Shown one piece after another: positions 8,975 to 20,748 of a stretch of 64,000 nucleotides of DNA (the first letter of the stretch is position 1; each line of letters opens with the position of its first letter). Both the position numbers and the translations under genes were made by a program. The stretch is from Candidatus Poribacteria bacterium (GTDB lineage: Bacteria > Poribacteria > WGA-4E > PCPOR2b), in contig OZ244042.1 of assembly GCA_965215015.1 (NCBI GenBank), positions 2,336,001 to 2,400,000 on the forward strand, in the 5' to 3' direction. The notes under the pieces are model-generated. The model had not been told where the DNA came from, did not search any database, and saw only the letters and a list, made by a program, of their open reading frames with translations.

Positions 8975-11038
8975 TTAAAACAGAAAGCCTGACTCAAAGA
9001 GGTAGGACATCTTGGTAAGGACTGCGCGCTCGCCGTTGGTGCTATCGGCGAATACGAGGAAGAGGCGGCTCTCTGGGGTGAAGCGGTAATCAAAGACAGA
9101 ATTGAAGTTGTATTTTACCTCATGAGACGTACGCTCGTCCACCCGCTCTGCGAAGATCCGCCAACCCATCCGCCGGGTGAATTGGTAGTTAACGTTCGCC
9201 CCAACGATGAGCGTATTGCGCTTTTCACGCCAGAGGAAGTTGCTCCCATTCAGGCTAAAGGTGAGTTTGCCAAAGAGGTTGACATTGGCAGATACCCGCG
9301 TAAACCGGCTATACTTGTTTTGACGAGGCCCGAATCGGTTAAACAACGATAGGCGTCCCCATTTGGGACGGTAACTAATATTTGAACCGATATATTGTCT
9401 GTTGTAAAGTGTACCCTCCTCGCGGCGGGTTCCACTTCCAACGAAGGTAAAAAGGTCAAACCTACCAATATCAACCCCGCTAGACAATCCGATCCGCCGA
9501 TCCCATAACAGATGCTGTCCGTTGAGTTTATAGAGATGGTAACCGCTGACGTAGTATCCGCGGACGAGGTTGTCTTTGTCGAATTGATGCTTGTATCGCA
9601 AGCGACCGAATGTCTTACGGAACGCCTCATCTTCCAATCCCATCTCATTTGGACGGAAACCGTCTGGCATATCTTCGACGCGAGCTTCGGCGCCCCAACC
9701 ACTCTCATGATCCCAGTCCATAGAGGCGTGGAATGCTGAGTGTATCTCACCATGGATCCAATCGGTCACATATTGGCCCCGGGCGGTCACGTCCCGGTGA
9801 AGAGCGAACCGACCATCTAACGAAAGCAAAGTCACATCTCGGTCCTCCTGATGCTTCTGCAAACCCATCGCGCCAATCACTGTGCGCCGACCAACGTTTC
9901 GGCTGACTCGCGTGGCAAGGAGATTTGCCTGCTTCTTCTGATCGCCGTCGTAGCGATCAACCATCGTTCCATAGGTATCGATGAGGACGAAATTATAGTC
10001 CCCAACTTTCCCCGTTGATTTTATACCGTAATCGATGTCCTGAACTCGGCGGCTGTAAAATAGGTCAAGCGGCAGTTCAAACAACTCCGACCCTTCGCGG
10101 AAAAATGGACGTCGCTCCGGTAGATACATCTCCCGATCGCTTGAGACGCTGATGCGCGTTGAATCGCTTTCCAACTGTGAGAAGTCCGGATTCAAAGTCA
10201 GATTTGTGGTGATGTTCGTCGAGAACGGAAGGGCAACGTCTAAACCTGCGCTCATATCCATCGACTCGCCTTCTATCGAGCGTTGAGTGACGTAGGGTAG
10301 AATATCAATCTTTCGATCCGTATTCACTTTGTTGAGGTCAAGGTCCGCCAACTTGCCGAACTCCGAAACCCGACTAAAGTCGTCTCCGGTATCCGCCCAC
10401 GTATAACGGACCCCTTCCATCGGATGGGGTCGCGCAAAGTTAATGCCCCATGTCGTTGTTTCGGGATCAAAACGGAGTTCGCTAAAGGGGATTGCCATTT
10501 CCGCTGTCCAATGGTTTCCATTCTTCTGGACCTTTGCCTCCCAGTTCGCATCCCACGCTTGGTCAAAGTTGCTCTCGTTACTGATTTTTGCGTCCATCTG
10601 TGTGCCCAGCGTGTTGACCGCCAGAACATAGCAATTGCGCTGATCATGATAGGTATCAAGCAGCACCTGAACCGTATCGTCCCGCCAGATGGGGGCATCG
10701 CGGCGCGTTTGCGTCTCACGCAACGCCTCCATATTCGGTTCGTCGCAGTGCACGCCGACATAAAGTGTATTTGCATCATATAGGACCATCGCCTTGGTGC
10801 CCAATTCTGCAGGGACACCGTGAGCACCTTCCACACGATAGAAATTGTCCGCAATCTCGGCTTGCTCCCAGACGCCATCGCAGAGGTCTCCATCAATAAC
10901 AGGCGGCGTATCGAGCCATTTGGCTTTGATAACACGACCGGAACTTTGACTATCAGCGAAAACTGATGTCCCTAAACACGCCATTATGATTAGAATCACC
11001 GAGCCTATCCATCGTTGTCGTTGAACATTTAACCACAT
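8975..11038 (-). CDS. CBM9-like / DUF5916 outer-membrane-type protein
   Basis: Signal peptide, PPVIDGDL, WTAEMAIPFSELRF, NPDFSQLESD, PERRPFFREG, FYSRR; beta-rich C-terminus ending in F; start likely ATG 11038. Confidence 0.8.
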   Translation of the reverse strand: MWLNVQRQRWIGSVILIIMACLGTSVFADSQSSGRVIKAKWLDTPPVIDGDLCDGVWEQAEIADNFYRVEGAHGVPAELGTKAMVLYDANTLYVGVHCDEPNMEALRETQTRRDAPIWRDDTVQVLLDTYHDQRNCYVLAVNTLGTQMDAKISNESNFDQAWDANWEAKVQKNGNHWTAEMAIPFSELRFDPETTTWGINFARPHPMEGVRYTWADTGDDFSRVSEFGKLADLDLNKVNTDRKIDILPYVTQRSIEGESMDMSAGLDVALPFSTNITTNLTLNPDFSQLESDSTRISVSSDREMYLPERRPFFREGSELFELPLDLFYSRRVQDIDYGIKSTGKVGDYNFVLIDTYGTMVDRYDGDQKKQANLLATRVSRNVGRRTVIGAMGLQKHQEDRDVTLLSLDGRFALHRDVTARGQYVTDWIHGEIHSAFHASMDWDHESGWGAEARVEDMPDGFRPNEMGLEDEAFRKTFGRLRYKHQFDKDNLVRGYYVSGYHLYKLNGQHLLWDRRIGLSSGVDIGRFDLFTFVGSGTRREEGTLYNRQYIGSNISYRPKWGRLSLFNRFGPRQNKYSRFTRVSANVNLFGKLTFSLNGSNFLWREKRNTLIVGANVNYQFTRRMGWRIFAERVDERTSHEVKYNFNSVFDYRFTPESRLFLVFADSTNGERAVLTKMSYLFESGFLF

Positions 11039-11057
11039 TATGACTGCCCTCTCCCAT

Positions 11058-13367
11058 CTATGCCGCCCAAGCAGAATCGCTAACCGAATCGGCTTGGTTG
11101 AACTGCTTGTTATACATATCTGCATACATCCCACCAGTCGCTAACAGCTGCTCGTGGGTGCCGACCTCAATAATTCTGCCCTCTTTCATCGCAACAATCA
11201 TGTCCGCATTCAGAACGGTCGAAAGTCGATGCGCGATGACGAATGAGGTTCTGGACTGCATCAACCGATCCAGTGCCTGTTGAATCTGTGCCTCAGATTC
11301 CGTATCCAGATTGGAGGTTGCCTCATCCAGAATCAGGATGCGCGGGTCTCGTAAAATGGTGCGTGCAATGGCGATGCGTTGTTTCTGCCCGCCGGAGAGA
11401 CGCATCCCGCGTTCCCCAACTTCTGTCTCATATCCCTCCGGCAACTGATCGACGATAAACTGATGCGCGTTGGCGGCGAGGGCGGCATCCACAACTTCCT
11501 CGTCCGTCGCACCGAGTTTACCGAATCGTATATTTTCGGCAATCGAGCCCGCGAACAGAAAATTATCCTGCAACACAATTCCCATCTGATTTCGCAACGA
11601 CTTAATCGAAACATCACGGAGGTTATACTCATCCACGAAAATATTACCCTCCACCGGATCATAAAATCTGGACATCAGGTTTGCAATGGTGCTTTTGCCA
11701 CACCCCGATGGTCCAACCAATGCCACCATCATCCCTGGCTTGGTTTCGAGGCTGATGTTGTGTAGCACCGGGTTTTCTGGTTCATAGCTGAAAGAGACGT
11801 TATCAAATTTGACATGGCCGCGAATTCGGGGAAGGGTTATCGCATCGGGCGACTCCTCAACGGTCGGCTCGGAATCGAGCAGACCGAAAACGCGTTCAGC
11901 CGAGATCATCGCCTCTTGAATCTGTGTATTGACCCTAATTAAGTTCATGATTGGCTCTTGGAGACGTTCCATAAATTGGTAGAAAGCGACCATCGCCCCG
12001 ACGGTAAAATCGCCTTGAATGACTAAGTATCCCCCATAACAGAGGACCGCAGCCCTACCAATTGACCGGAAAAAGAGCGCAACGCGCCTCATCGCCGTTT
12101 GGGTTGCGGTGATTTTGATTCTTGATTCAAGGGTCTCGCGCATATTATGGAATAACTGTCGCTCATGATAACGCTCCCGATGAAAAGCCTTGACAACCTT
12201 GGCCCCTGCAACTGCCTCGTACATCCCCGTTGAGATGTCCGCCCACTTATGTCGCCATTGACGCCACATTGGACGCAGCCGTTTGATGAAGAGGTGATAG
12301 TTCCCAATGATCATCGGGAAGATTAGCAGGGAGAAGAGGGTCAATTTCCAATTCCAATAGAGCATGATGCCCAGCATGAGGATGAAAGTGACCGCATCGG
12401 TTATGATCCGGATTGATGTTTCGGTGGCGAGGCTCCGAAGGGCGGCGACATCTTCCCTGACCCGTGAAAGGATTTGTCCCGTCCCTTGGGCTTCGTAGAA
12501 ACGCATCGACAGCGACTGTAGGTGAGAGAACACCTTATTTCTCAGATCAAACAGAATACGCTGGCTGATCCATGTCATCACGTAGGTGCAGAAATAGGAA
12601 AGGACCCCGAAAATCGCATAGTAGATAATAATGGTGCAAAGGATAATAGTCAGCCAACCGACTAGCGTGTGGTGAAATTCATGCCCTAGCAAGGTGTGTG
12701 TAACCGTAGCGGCATAAACCTTGATTTCACCTTCGGCGACGTACAGCTTACCGCTTTCTTTCCAGATCGTATGCTGCTTTCCGGTTGCCTCATCAATGAT
12801 GAGCCAGCGGCTGCCTACCTCTTCAACCGAGACGATTGCCTTTGAAGATAGGGACATATCACGCTCATCAAACACTTCATACAGCTTCTTGACTGCCTTG
12901 TTGAACGCCTCAAGTTCCTCTGGATCATTCATCTCCCCCGGTTTTTTTAAATCATTCACCCCCTCAAGTTTCTCTAAATACTTCTTCTTCTGGAACTCGG
13001 AGTCAATCTGAAACACCTTTTGACTGATACGGTATTTCTGACCTGTTTCTGTGTCAGTGAGCCCCCATTTTTCTCCCCTCTTTTCAATCGAGATGACGGT
13101 ACTTGAGGAGAGCAAAACCCCTTGTGTGTCAAGCTGCTGCCTCAGCGCGTTAGAAAGCCCTGCCCGATTGTCTAGCTCATCCTGAAACCCCAAATCAACG
13201 CTTGCAAGGGGTTTGTTAGCGGACTCTAACAGTGTATCAATGACAAACTTCTGAACGAGCGGCATGAATAACGGGGACTGCCCGACAAGCACGACCAGGA
13301 AAAAACCGAGGATCAGTTTGGGTAGATAAGGCTTCGCGTATGCGAATAATCTGAAAAACTGTTTCAT
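11058..13367 (-). CDS. ABC exporter, fused permease/ATPase with large loop insertion
   Basis: GPSGCGKST, LSGGQKQR, ILILDEATS; TMD with long soluble insert after TM1. Confidence 0.92.
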   Translation of the reverse strand: MKQFFRLFAYAKPYLPKLILGFFLVVLVGQSPLFMPLVQKFVIDTLLESANKPLASVDLGFQDELDNRAGLSNALRQQLDTQGVLLSSSTVISIEKRGEKWGLTDTETGQKYRISQKVFQIDSEFQKKKYLEKLEGVNDLKKPGEMNDPEELEAFNKAVKKLYEVFDERDMSLSSKAIVSVEEVGSRWLIIDEATGKQHTIWKESGKLYVAEGEIKVYAATVTHTLLGHEFHHTLVGWLTIILCTIIIYYAIFGVLSYFCTYVMTWISQRILFDLRNKVFSHLQSLSMRFYEAQGTGQILSRVREDVAALRSLATETSIRIITDAVTFILMLGIMLYWNWKLTLFSLLIFPMIIGNYHLFIKRLRPMWRQWRHKWADISTGMYEAVAGAKVVKAFHRERYHERQLFHNMRETLESRIKITATQTAMRRVALFFRSIGRAAVLCYGGYLVIQGDFTVGAMVAFYQFMERLQEPIMNLIRVNTQIQEAMISAERVFGLLDSEPTVEESPDAITLPRIRGHVKFDNVSFSYEPENPVLHNISLETKPGMMVALVGPSGCGKSTIANLMSRFYDPVEGNIFVDEYNLRDVSIKSLRNQMGIVLQDNFLFAGSIAENIRFGKLGATDEEVVDAALAANAHQFIVDQLPEGYETEVGERGMRLSGGQKQRIAIARTILRDPRILILDEATSNLDTESEAQIQQALDRLMQSRTSFVIAHRLSTVLNADMIVAMKEGRIIEVGTHEQLLATGGMYADMYNKQFNQADSVSDSAWAA

Positions 13368-13402
13368 CGCGGACCTCCATTGCCCTACAATTCAGGCACC
13401 GC

Positions 13403-14491
13403 TTACATCTTCATCTTCTCACTATTTTGGAGCACTTCCTGAATCTCTTTGACTGCCTTTGTCTCTGCCACGACGGTTTTCTGGAGCAATTTTATCGCCA
13501 CACGGCATGTCGGCTTAAAGTGTCTCATCGCTTCTTGTGGGCTCTGTGCCCCCCGATTCGAGTGTATCCACAAGCCAATCCGAGATAATCCCAAGCGGAG
13601 TCGGGCTTTCGGCTTTGCCTCCGTCGAAGAGGTTTCGCGCGCTTCAAGTGAAGGGAGTACCCTCTGAACGGTTTTGAGCAACACTACAACCTTCTGGTAC
13701 TCAGCAATTGCTTTATCCAGATGCTCCAGGTCCTCGTCTTCAAAATGTTCTCGAATCATCTGTAGGTAGTCCACAGCCGCTGTTCGAGCTTCAATAAATT
13801 GCGTCAGCGGCTGTCCACTCCACTTCATAACTTTAGAAACGTTATGCGGGGTCAGTTTCCTCCTGCGGCTTAGTAGACCGCTCAAGTGTGCGATGAGTTC
13901 GTCGTAGGCTGCGAGACCGATTGCACAACCGTGGATTTTTCGACGAGTCTCTGCTAATTTTCTCGCAACGCGTAAGGTTCCTAGGGCTGCGTCGCGCCCC
14001 TTGGGCTCGCGCTCACGCCCGCCAATCACGAATTGATAGTAGCCGTGAGGTCCCAATTCAAGAAATCCACCGCTCGGATGCCACTGTTTGTGCAGGTCCC
14101 CGGTTTTAATCTGATACCGAGAGCCATTTTGGCAGATAAGGGTTTCGGGACCGTCGGCCTGAGTAAGGAACGGACAGGAGTCGTCGAACGGTAGTAATGT
14201 CGGTTTTCCAGCGCGCGTATTTTCTTGAAGCCGCTCTGATGCAGCCTCGTAGGTGTCATCGTATGAGATTTCAAAGCTATAGCCGAGCGTCCGGCAGGTT
14301 GTGCGTAATGGGTTGTGAAAGAAGGTATTCATCCCCGCTTCAGGGTCAGCGCGGTTATAAAAGAAACGGAAGGCTTCACCGGACGCACCCATCAGATAGG
14401 TGTATGAAACATCTTCCTTGCGGTACCTCAGAGCTTCTTGGACAGTGTGGATGTAGTCTATAGGTCGTGCTAGGGTCATTGGTTGATTCAT
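13403..14491 (-). CDS. hypothetical protein, BtrH-like N-terminus
   Basis: SYTYLMGASGEAFRFFY...TLGY...GKP and GLAAYD motifs resemble BtrH/DUF4872-like proteins. Confidence 0.55.
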   Translation of the reverse strand: MNQPMTLARPIDYIHTVQEALRYRKEDVSYTYLMGASGEAFRFFYNRADPEAGMNTFFHNPLRTTCRTLGYSFEISYDDTYEAASERLQENTRAGKPTLLPFDDSCPFLTQADGPETLICQNGSRYQIKTGDLHKQWHPSGGFLELGPHGYYQFVIGGREREPKGRDAALGTLRVARKLAETRRKIHGCAIGLAAYDELIAHLSGLLSRRRKLTPHNVSKVMKWSGQPLTQFIEARTAAVDYLQMIREHFEDEDLEHLDKAIAEYQKVVVLLKTVQRVLPSLEARETSSTEAKPKARLRLGLSRIGLWIHSNRGAQSPQEAMRHFKPTCRVAIKLLQKTVVAETKAVKEIQEVLQNSEKMKM

Positions 14492-14637
14492 TGTTACTTC
14501 TCCCGGCTTTTTTTAGCCTTTGTGTCGGGTTTTCCCCAACATAAAATGATGGAGGGGTTCACTAGGTAAACAAGCTTACATGCGTTCACCCCAAGTGGAT
14601 TAATGGCCTCCACCATAGCGATACGGAATGACTATTA

Positions 14638-14654
14638 AGCATAAACCGTGCCAA
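14638..14654 (-). promoter_or_regulatory. sigma54 (-24/-12) promoter
   Basis: Minus strand TTGGCACGGTTTATGCT matches YTGGCACG-N4-TTGCW with one mismatch, ~150 bp upstream of 14491. Confidence 0.65.
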
Positions 14655-15079
14655 CTTCGCATCCAGATCTATAAATGGGCTTAAACCCGCGTTATGACTG
14701 GATCTTACGGGAGAAGGCGTTGACCGGGATGGAATATTTGAATCGTTTCAAAATGTGACAGTTGAGAAAGGTCAAGGGAGGTTATTTGGAGGTAAAAAGT
14801 ACGCTGCAGCGCGTGAACACAGGTTTTACGATCGATTTGTTGCATTTTGCAACACGATACATTTTGCAACGGGGTGGTATGAAGCGTGGAGGCATAGGGG
14901 CATTTAGTTCTCTTGTAGGAGGGATTTCCAAATCCCACCACACCGTTCAAACAGCGAGAAAACCCAAAACTCAATAGTCCTACGTGGAGGCATTTTTCTT
15001 ATTGTCAACCACCGATGGTAGGTGTTAAAATACCTCTGAACATGAGCGGAATATCCGAATCTTAGATTTGAAGGGAAAC

Positions 15080-16069
15080 ATGCAGGTGAACAGGAACCGA
15101 GCCAAACTTGTCGTCGGCTCATTGATAGCAGAACCGGGACAAAGCGTCGAAGGACATCTAAAAGTGGGGAATATGCAGGATGGTACGCCCTTCCGATTGC
15201 CAATTGTTTTAATTAACGGTGCACAAAGTGGACAAACGCTCTACCTACAAGCGGCAAGTGATGGGGATGAGCTCAACGGGATTGCCGTTATCCATGAAAT
15301 TTTACGCCAGATTCATCCTGATAATTTGCGAGGCAGAATTATTGCCGTTCCGATCGTGAATTTTCACGCATTTCACGCCAGACAAGCCCACAGTCCCGTT
15401 GATAACATGAAGATGAATCGATGCTTCCCGGGGCGTCCCGACGGCACCTCTAGTGAACGAATTGCTTACAAACTCTTTCATACGGTCATCCGCCAAGCCC
15501 ACTACTGCATTGACCTCCATCAAGGCGGCGTCCACCCTATGATCGATGAGGTTCGGGTGCGTGTTGACCCAAAACACCCCCAACATGCAGCCTGCCTTGA
15601 GTTGGCGCGTATCTTTGGACTGGGTTACATTTTTGATCAGAAGGGACCGAAGGGACAACTTGCCCAAGCCGCACCGGAGATTGGTATTCCGACTATTGAT
15701 CCGGAGTTAGGTGGGTGTCACGGTTGGGACGCTGCCAGCATTGCAAAGGGTGTACAGGGTGTACTGAACATCCTGAGATACTACAACTTTATCGATGGAG
15801 AACCGAAGCTCCCCCAGCAGCAGGTCGTTATCAATCGGTTTGTGGCACTTTGTAGTAACCAGGGCGGTTTTGTGTACTACCAAGCTGACCTGTATGATCG
15901 GGTTGAAGCGTATCAGCCAATTGCGGGAATCTGTGACGTCTTTGGCCATCTGCGAGAAACCATCCGGGCTCCTGAAAATGGCATCTTCTGGTCGCGTCCG
16001 GTATACCCGATGGTTGCCAGCGGTGAATCGGTTGGGAAGATTGGTGTTCCGTCTGACTACATCCAGTAG
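15080..16069 (+). CDS. succinylglutamate desuccinylase/aspartoacylase family protein
   Basis: DGDELNG, MNRCFPG, IDLHQG, PELGG, C-terminal biotinyl-like hybrid motif. Confidence 0.88.
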   Translation: MQVNRNRAKLVVGSLIAEPGQSVEGHLKVGNMQDGTPFRLPIVLINGAQSGQTLYLQAASDGDELNGIAVIHEILRQIHPDNLRGRIIAVPIVNFHAFHARQAHSPVDNMKMNRCFPGRPDGTSSERIAYKLFHTVIRQAHYCIDLHQGGVHPMIDEVRVRVDPKHPQHAACLELARIFGLGYIFDQKGPKGQLAQAAPEIGIPTIDPELGGCHGWDAASIAKGVQGVLNILRYYNFIDGEPKLPQQQVVINRFVALCSNQGGFVYYQADLYDRVEAYQPIAGICDVFGHLRETIRAPENGIFWSRPVYPMVASGESVGKIGVPSDYIQ

Positions 16070-16301
16070 AGGGGAGAGAACGAGACAGCCAGAAAACGAG
16101 CGGAATTTAACGCAAAGCATTTTTAATACATTGCGCCATAGCGGCCTAAAGTCTCCGGCCGTTGTGAAATCGCCCCGATTTCTGCAACGATCCCGATAAT
16201 TGTTACGGCATACGGAGTATGCCTAACTACCTTTATGGTACGATCACTGGTTGGAAAACCCCGACGAGTCGAAGGCAGGCTCTGTGGCTACGGGCAACCA
16301 T

Positions 16302-17270
16302 TCAACCCGGCTCTGTCTCCGCTAAAATCCCAACCCAATTCTCCCCGCTTTGCGTCACTTCATGGCTTTCTTTTAATTGACGGACTTCGATTACTCGAAA
16401 GCCATTTGCCGCTAACCGGGCTTCCACCTGCAACGCCTCTGGTGCCAGAATTCCCGACAGTATCAACCGACCCACCGGCTCAAGAAATTTCGGACATTGA
16501 GGAATCATCGGTAAGATGACTTTTGTGAGAATATTGGCGACAATGAGCGGATATTTCGGAAAAGGCAAATCGCTCGCCCCCGTCTTTTCAGATGATGTAG
16601 AAGCAATTTGCCTTTCGAGCGCATTCAGTCCATCGCCATGATGCAAATGGATGACTGATTCCACCTTGTTGAGTCGAACATTGCTTTGAGCAATTGGAAT
16701 CGTTGTTGTATCCAAATCAACAGCATCGACCCGCTTGGCACCTAGCTTGGCGGCTGCGATTGCCAAGATTCCAGAGCCGGTGCCAATATCGGCGACCATA
16801 TCGGAGTCCCTTATGGCTGCCTCCAGTAATTCCAACGCGAGTTGTGTCGTGGGGTGTTGCCCTGTGCCGAATGCCATGCCCGGATCTAATCGGATTAAGA
16901 CTTCATATGGCTCGGGCATAATATTATCCCATGTCGGCGCAATGACCAAGCGTTTTCCAATCCTTTGAGGTGGAAAGGCTGACCGCCACTGCTCTGACCA
17001 GTTATCTCCCTCCATGGACCTTAGCGTAACTGTTGCAGGTCGTGTATCGATTCCCACCTGAATTAAGCCCGCTAGAAATTCACGCAAATCCTGGACTCGC
17101 TCACCAATGAGGTCGTCTGTCGGGAAGTAGGAAATCAGTGTAACTGCGGGAGCGTTTGCGGAGGGGGTGTCTTTTATTTGAATGCCTGTTGCGTCGCGCT
17201 CAAAGAGATGGTTTGCGACAGCGTCCGAGGCTTCTTGAGAGGTTGTGATTGTTACCTGAGCCCATTTCAT
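16302..17270 (-). CDS. prmA: ribosomal protein L11 methyltransferase
   Basis: LDPGMAFGTGQHPTT, DIGTGSGILAIAA, VANIL; downstream of dnaJ. Confidence 0.95.
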   Translation of the reverse strand: MKWAQVTITTSQEASDAVANHLFERDATGIQIKDTPSANAPAVTLISYFPTDDLIGERVQDLREFLAGLIQVGIDTRPATVTLRSMEGDNWSEQWRSAFPPQRIGKRLVIAPTWDNIMPEPYEVLIRLDPGMAFGTGQHPTTQLALELLEAAIRDSDMVADIGTGSGILAIAAAKLGAKRVDAVDLDTTTIPIAQSNVRLNKVESVIHLHHGDGLNALERQIASTSSEKTGASDLPFPKYPLIVANILTKVILPMIPQCPKFLEPVGRLILSGILAPEALQVEARLAANGFRVIEVRQLKESHEVTQSGENWVGILAETEPG

Positions 17271-17385
17271 ATCTTGGTGGGGCGTAGAGGTACCCGACTG
17301 AGAAAAAATGTAGTGCTTTACTTTACCCTGTCAGGGTTTATAGAGCCCGCCCCCACTTCAACTACCTCTATTCCTGTAGCTGTGC

Positions 17386-18543
17386 TTATTCGTTTTTGTT
17401 TTCGTCGCGGTCATCATGGCGATGGAAAAGCTTATCACCGAGTTTATCGAAAAAGCCTGAATTTTCTTCCACCTCACCTTTACCGCGAACCCGTACAAAC
17501 GCTTCCAAAATCACCTTTTCTCGTTCTGTTAGGTTCGTCGGGGTTTCGACCTGAATTTCAACAATGAGATCTCCAGAACCGTAGTGGTTGTAGTAGGGAA
17601 CGCCTTTCTTGGGAATGCGTAATCTCGCACCAAACTGTGTACCACCGGGAACCGTGAGTTTGGCTGTGCCATCGATTGTCGGGATTTCAATTTCGGTGCC
17701 GAGCGCAGCTTGCGGGAATGAAATTTTCGCCCTTGTCACCAGATCATTGTTTTCCCGTACAAAAAGTTCGTGCGGTGCCACGTGGATAATAACAAAGAGG
17801 TCACCGGGCGGGCCGCCGTTGACTCCCGCTTCGCCTTCACTCCGCATCTGAATCTTGGCGCCGGTGTCAACCCCCTTGGGGATGCCAACCTTAATCTGGC
17901 GAATCTTCCGAACAAGCCCCTGACCGTTGCATTCGCTACAAGGGTTTGGAATCACCCGGCCTTCACCCTGACAGCGCGGGCAGGTGCGCGACATACTAAA
18001 GAAGCCTTGTGTTCGTGTGACTTGCCCACGCCCAAAACATTCTGGGCAGGTCTCGGGTATGGATCCGGCTTCAGCACCAGTACCATGACAGGTTTGACAG
18101 GTTTCCAAGCGAGGGACATCAATGGTCAAGGTCTTTCCCAGTATGACATCTTCTAAGGAGATTTGCAGGTCATATTGAAGGCTTCGCCCACGTTTCGGTC
18201 CTCCCTGCCTGCGGCTAGATCCACCAAATCCGAAGAGATCGCCAAAGTCACCGAAAATGTCCCCGACGATATCCTCAAAGTTACCAAAGTCAAATCCACC
18301 TGTCCCCATCATTCCTTCTAGCCCTGCATGACCAAACTGGTCATAGCGGCTACGTTTTTCGGAGTCACGCAATACCTCGTACGCTTCGGTTGCCTCTTTG
18401 AATTTTTCCTCAGCTTCTTTATTATCAGGATTCTTATCAGGGTGGTATTTAATTGCCAGCTTACGGTAGGCTTTCTTAATCTCATCTTCGCCTGCGTTTC
18501 GACTGACATTGAGTACTTCATAATAGTCGCGTTTTTGCACCAT
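17386..18543 (-). CDS. dnaJ: chaperone DnaJ
   Basis: J domain HPD, G/F region, four CxxCxGxG repeats. Confidence 0.97.
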   Translation of the reverse strand: MVQKRDYYEVLNVSRNAGEDEIKKAYRKLAIKYHPDKNPDNKEAEEKFKEATEAYEVLRDSEKRSRYDQFGHAGLEGMMGTGGFDFGNFEDIVGDIFGDFGDLFGFGGSSRRQGGPKRGRSLQYDLQISLEDVILGKTLTIDVPRLETCQTCHGTGAEAGSIPETCPECFGRGQVTRTQGFFSMSRTCPRCQGEGRVIPNPCSECNGQGLVRKIRQIKVGIPKGVDTGAKIQMRSEGEAGVNGGPPGDLFVIIHVAPHELFVRENNDLVTRAKISFPQAALGTEIEIPTIDGTAKLTVPGGTQFGARLRIPKKGVPYYNHYGSGDLIVEIQVETPTNLTEREKVILEAFVRVRGKGEVEENSGFFDKLGDKLFHRHDDRDENKNE

Positions 18544-18804
18544 GGGGCCTCCCCACTATTTTTTATAGCAATAAGTAGATAGGGGCTTTTCTCTGAACTT
18601 AACGCAAAGCTGTCCCCGCTTCCACCTCCCCATGCTTGCGGAGGATTCGAGGGGTGTATCGTTCCGCCTCATCGCGAGCCGCACGAAGAAACGAAATCCC
18701 CCCTTCCATGACAAAGCGGAAAACGGAAAGCCGGTTCCGTCGCTTTCTCGTTTTCTTTTTTTTGCATCTTAGCCCCCTTGCGTTTAATTAAAAGCCGGTA
18801 GTAA

Positions 18805-20748
18805 CTACTTATTCCCTTTTTTATTTTTTTTGTCGTCCGTGTTTTGGTCAACAACTTCCGCTTCAGCATCGATAACAGTTTCGTCCGATGTTTCTGCTGC
18901 TGTCGTTGCATTTGCTGCTTCGGCTGTAGTTTTGGATTCGGCTGCTGCTTGAGCATACATTACTTCTGCTAATTTATGGCTCACTTGTGTCAGCGCATCG
19001 GTATCTGCCTTAATGGCTTCGATATCATTTCGGTTCAATGTTTCCCTTAACTTCTCGATTGCCCTCTGGACTTCGTTGCGATCTGCTTCAGAGATTTTAT
19101 CCCCATATTCGTTAAGGGACTTTTCCGTGCTATAAATTAGCGAGTCGGCACTGTTGCGCGCCTCGGCTTCCTCTCTCCTTTGTGAATCTTCTTCGGCGTG
19201 ATCTTCGGCGTCTGTAACCATCTGCTCGATTTCCTCGTCGGACAAACCACTTGAGGATTCAATCCGAATTTTCTGCTCTTTCCCTGTGCCAAGGTCTTTC
19301 GCAGAAACATGCACAATGCCATTTGCATCGATATCAAACGTTACGTCAATCTGTGGCACTCCACGCGGTGCCGGGGGAATACCTATCAGATCGAATCTGC
19401 CCAGTGTGCGATTATAGACCGCCATATCCCGCTCGCCCTGTAGCACATGTATACTCACAGCTTCTTGGTTATCCGAAGCCGTTGAAAAGGTTTGGCTTTT
19501 CTTGGTCGGGATGGTGGTATTGCGTTCGATCAGGCGAGTAAAGACGCTGCCAAGTGTCTCGATACCGAGTGAAAGGGGTGTGACATCGAGCAACAGCACA
19601 TCCTTGACCCCCTCATCGCCGGATAGGACGCCGCCTTGGATTGCCGCCCCAATAGCGACTACTTCATCGGGGTTCACTCCTCTGTGCGGCTCCTTACCGA
19701 AAAATTGCTCAACCGCTTCTTGTACCTTCGGCATCCGCGTCTGACCGCCGACCAGCACAACTTCATCAATGTCGGATGCGTTTAACTCAGCATCAGCAAG
19801 GGCTTGGCGACACGGTTCAATTGCCCGATCAATGAGGTCTGCAGTCAGCTGCTCCAGTTTTGCGCGCGTGAGCGTAAGATTCAAATGCTTGGGACCGCTT
19901 GCGTCTGCGGTAATAAAAGGCAGATTAATCTCTGACTGTAGTGCCGTTGATAATTCACACTTTGCTTTTTCTGCTGCTTCCCTCAAGCGTTGGAGTGCCA
20001 TTGGGTCTTGCCGCAGATCCATGCCGTTCTCGTTACGAAATTCTTCGGCTAACCAATCAACAATCTTCTCATCGAAGTCATCTCCCCCCAAATGTGTGTC
20101 CCCATTTGTACTTTTAACCTCGAAAATACCTTCGCCAATCTCAAGGATTGAGATATCAAAGGTGCCTCCACCTAAATCATAAACGGCGATTTTCTGATCC
20201 GTCTTTTTGTCTAATCCATAAGCGAGAGAAGCCGCTGTCGGTTCGTTGATAATTCGCAGTACTTCGAGGCCAGCGATTTGTCCGGCGTCTTTGGTGGCTT
20301 GGCGTTGTGCATCGTTAAAATATGCAGGCACCGTAATGACAGCTTGCGTTACCGTTTCACCGAGATACGATTCCGCTGTCTCCTTCATTTTACGCAAAAC
20401 GAGGCCTGAAATCTCAGGAGGGGCGTGCTCACGATCGTCAATCTTGATTCTTGCTTCGCTATCGCTGCCCCCAATTACTGCATAAGGCACCCGCTGCATT
20501 TCCTCGTTAACCTCATTATAACGCCTCCCCATGAAACGTTTGACCGAAGATACAGTGTTCTGGGGGTTTGTCACTGCCTGCCGCTTCGCAACCTGCCCAA
20601 CAATCCGGTCACCATCTTTCGTAAAAGCGACTACGGAAGGGGTGGTACGGTTACCTTCAGCATTTTCGAGGACCTTCGGTTCTCCGCTCTCTAAAACGGC
20701 AACGCACGAATTGGTTGTACCGAGGTCTATGCCGATTACTTTACTCAT
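18805..20748 (-). CDS. dnaK: chaperone DnaK
   Basis: [30 protein letters not shown]; start at ATG 20748 overlapping grpE stop. Confidence 0.98.
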   Translation of the reverse strand: MSKVIGIDLGTTNSCVAVLESGEPKVLENAEGNRTTPSVVAFTKDGDRIVGQVAKRQAVTNPQNTVSSVKRFMGRRYNEVNEEMQRVPYAVIGGSDSEARIKIDDREHAPPEISGLVLRKMKETAESYLGETVTQAVITVPAYFNDAQRQATKDAGQIAGLEVLRIINEPTAASLAYGLDKKTDQKIAVYDLGGGTFDISILEIGEGIFEVKSTNGDTHLGGDDFDEKIVDWLAEEFRNENGMDLRQDPMALQRLREAAEKAKCELSTALQSEINLPFITADASGPKHLNLTLTRAKLEQLTADLIDRAIEPCRQALADAELNASDIDEVVLVGGQTRMPKVQEAVEQFFGKEPHRGVNPDEVVAIGAAIQGGVLSGDEGVKDVLLLDVTPLSLGIETLGSVFTRLIERNTTIPTKKSQTFSTASDNQEAVSIHVLQGERDMAVYNRTLGRFDLIGIPPAPRGVPQIDVTFDIDANGIVHVSAKDLGTGKEQKIRIESSSGLSDEEIEQMVTDAEDHAEEDSQRREEAEARNSADSLIYSTEKSLNEYGDKISEADRNEVQRAIEKLRETLNRNDIEAIKADTDALTQVSHKLAEVMYAQAAAESKTTAEAANATTAAETSDETVIDAEAEVVDQNTDDKKNKKGNK

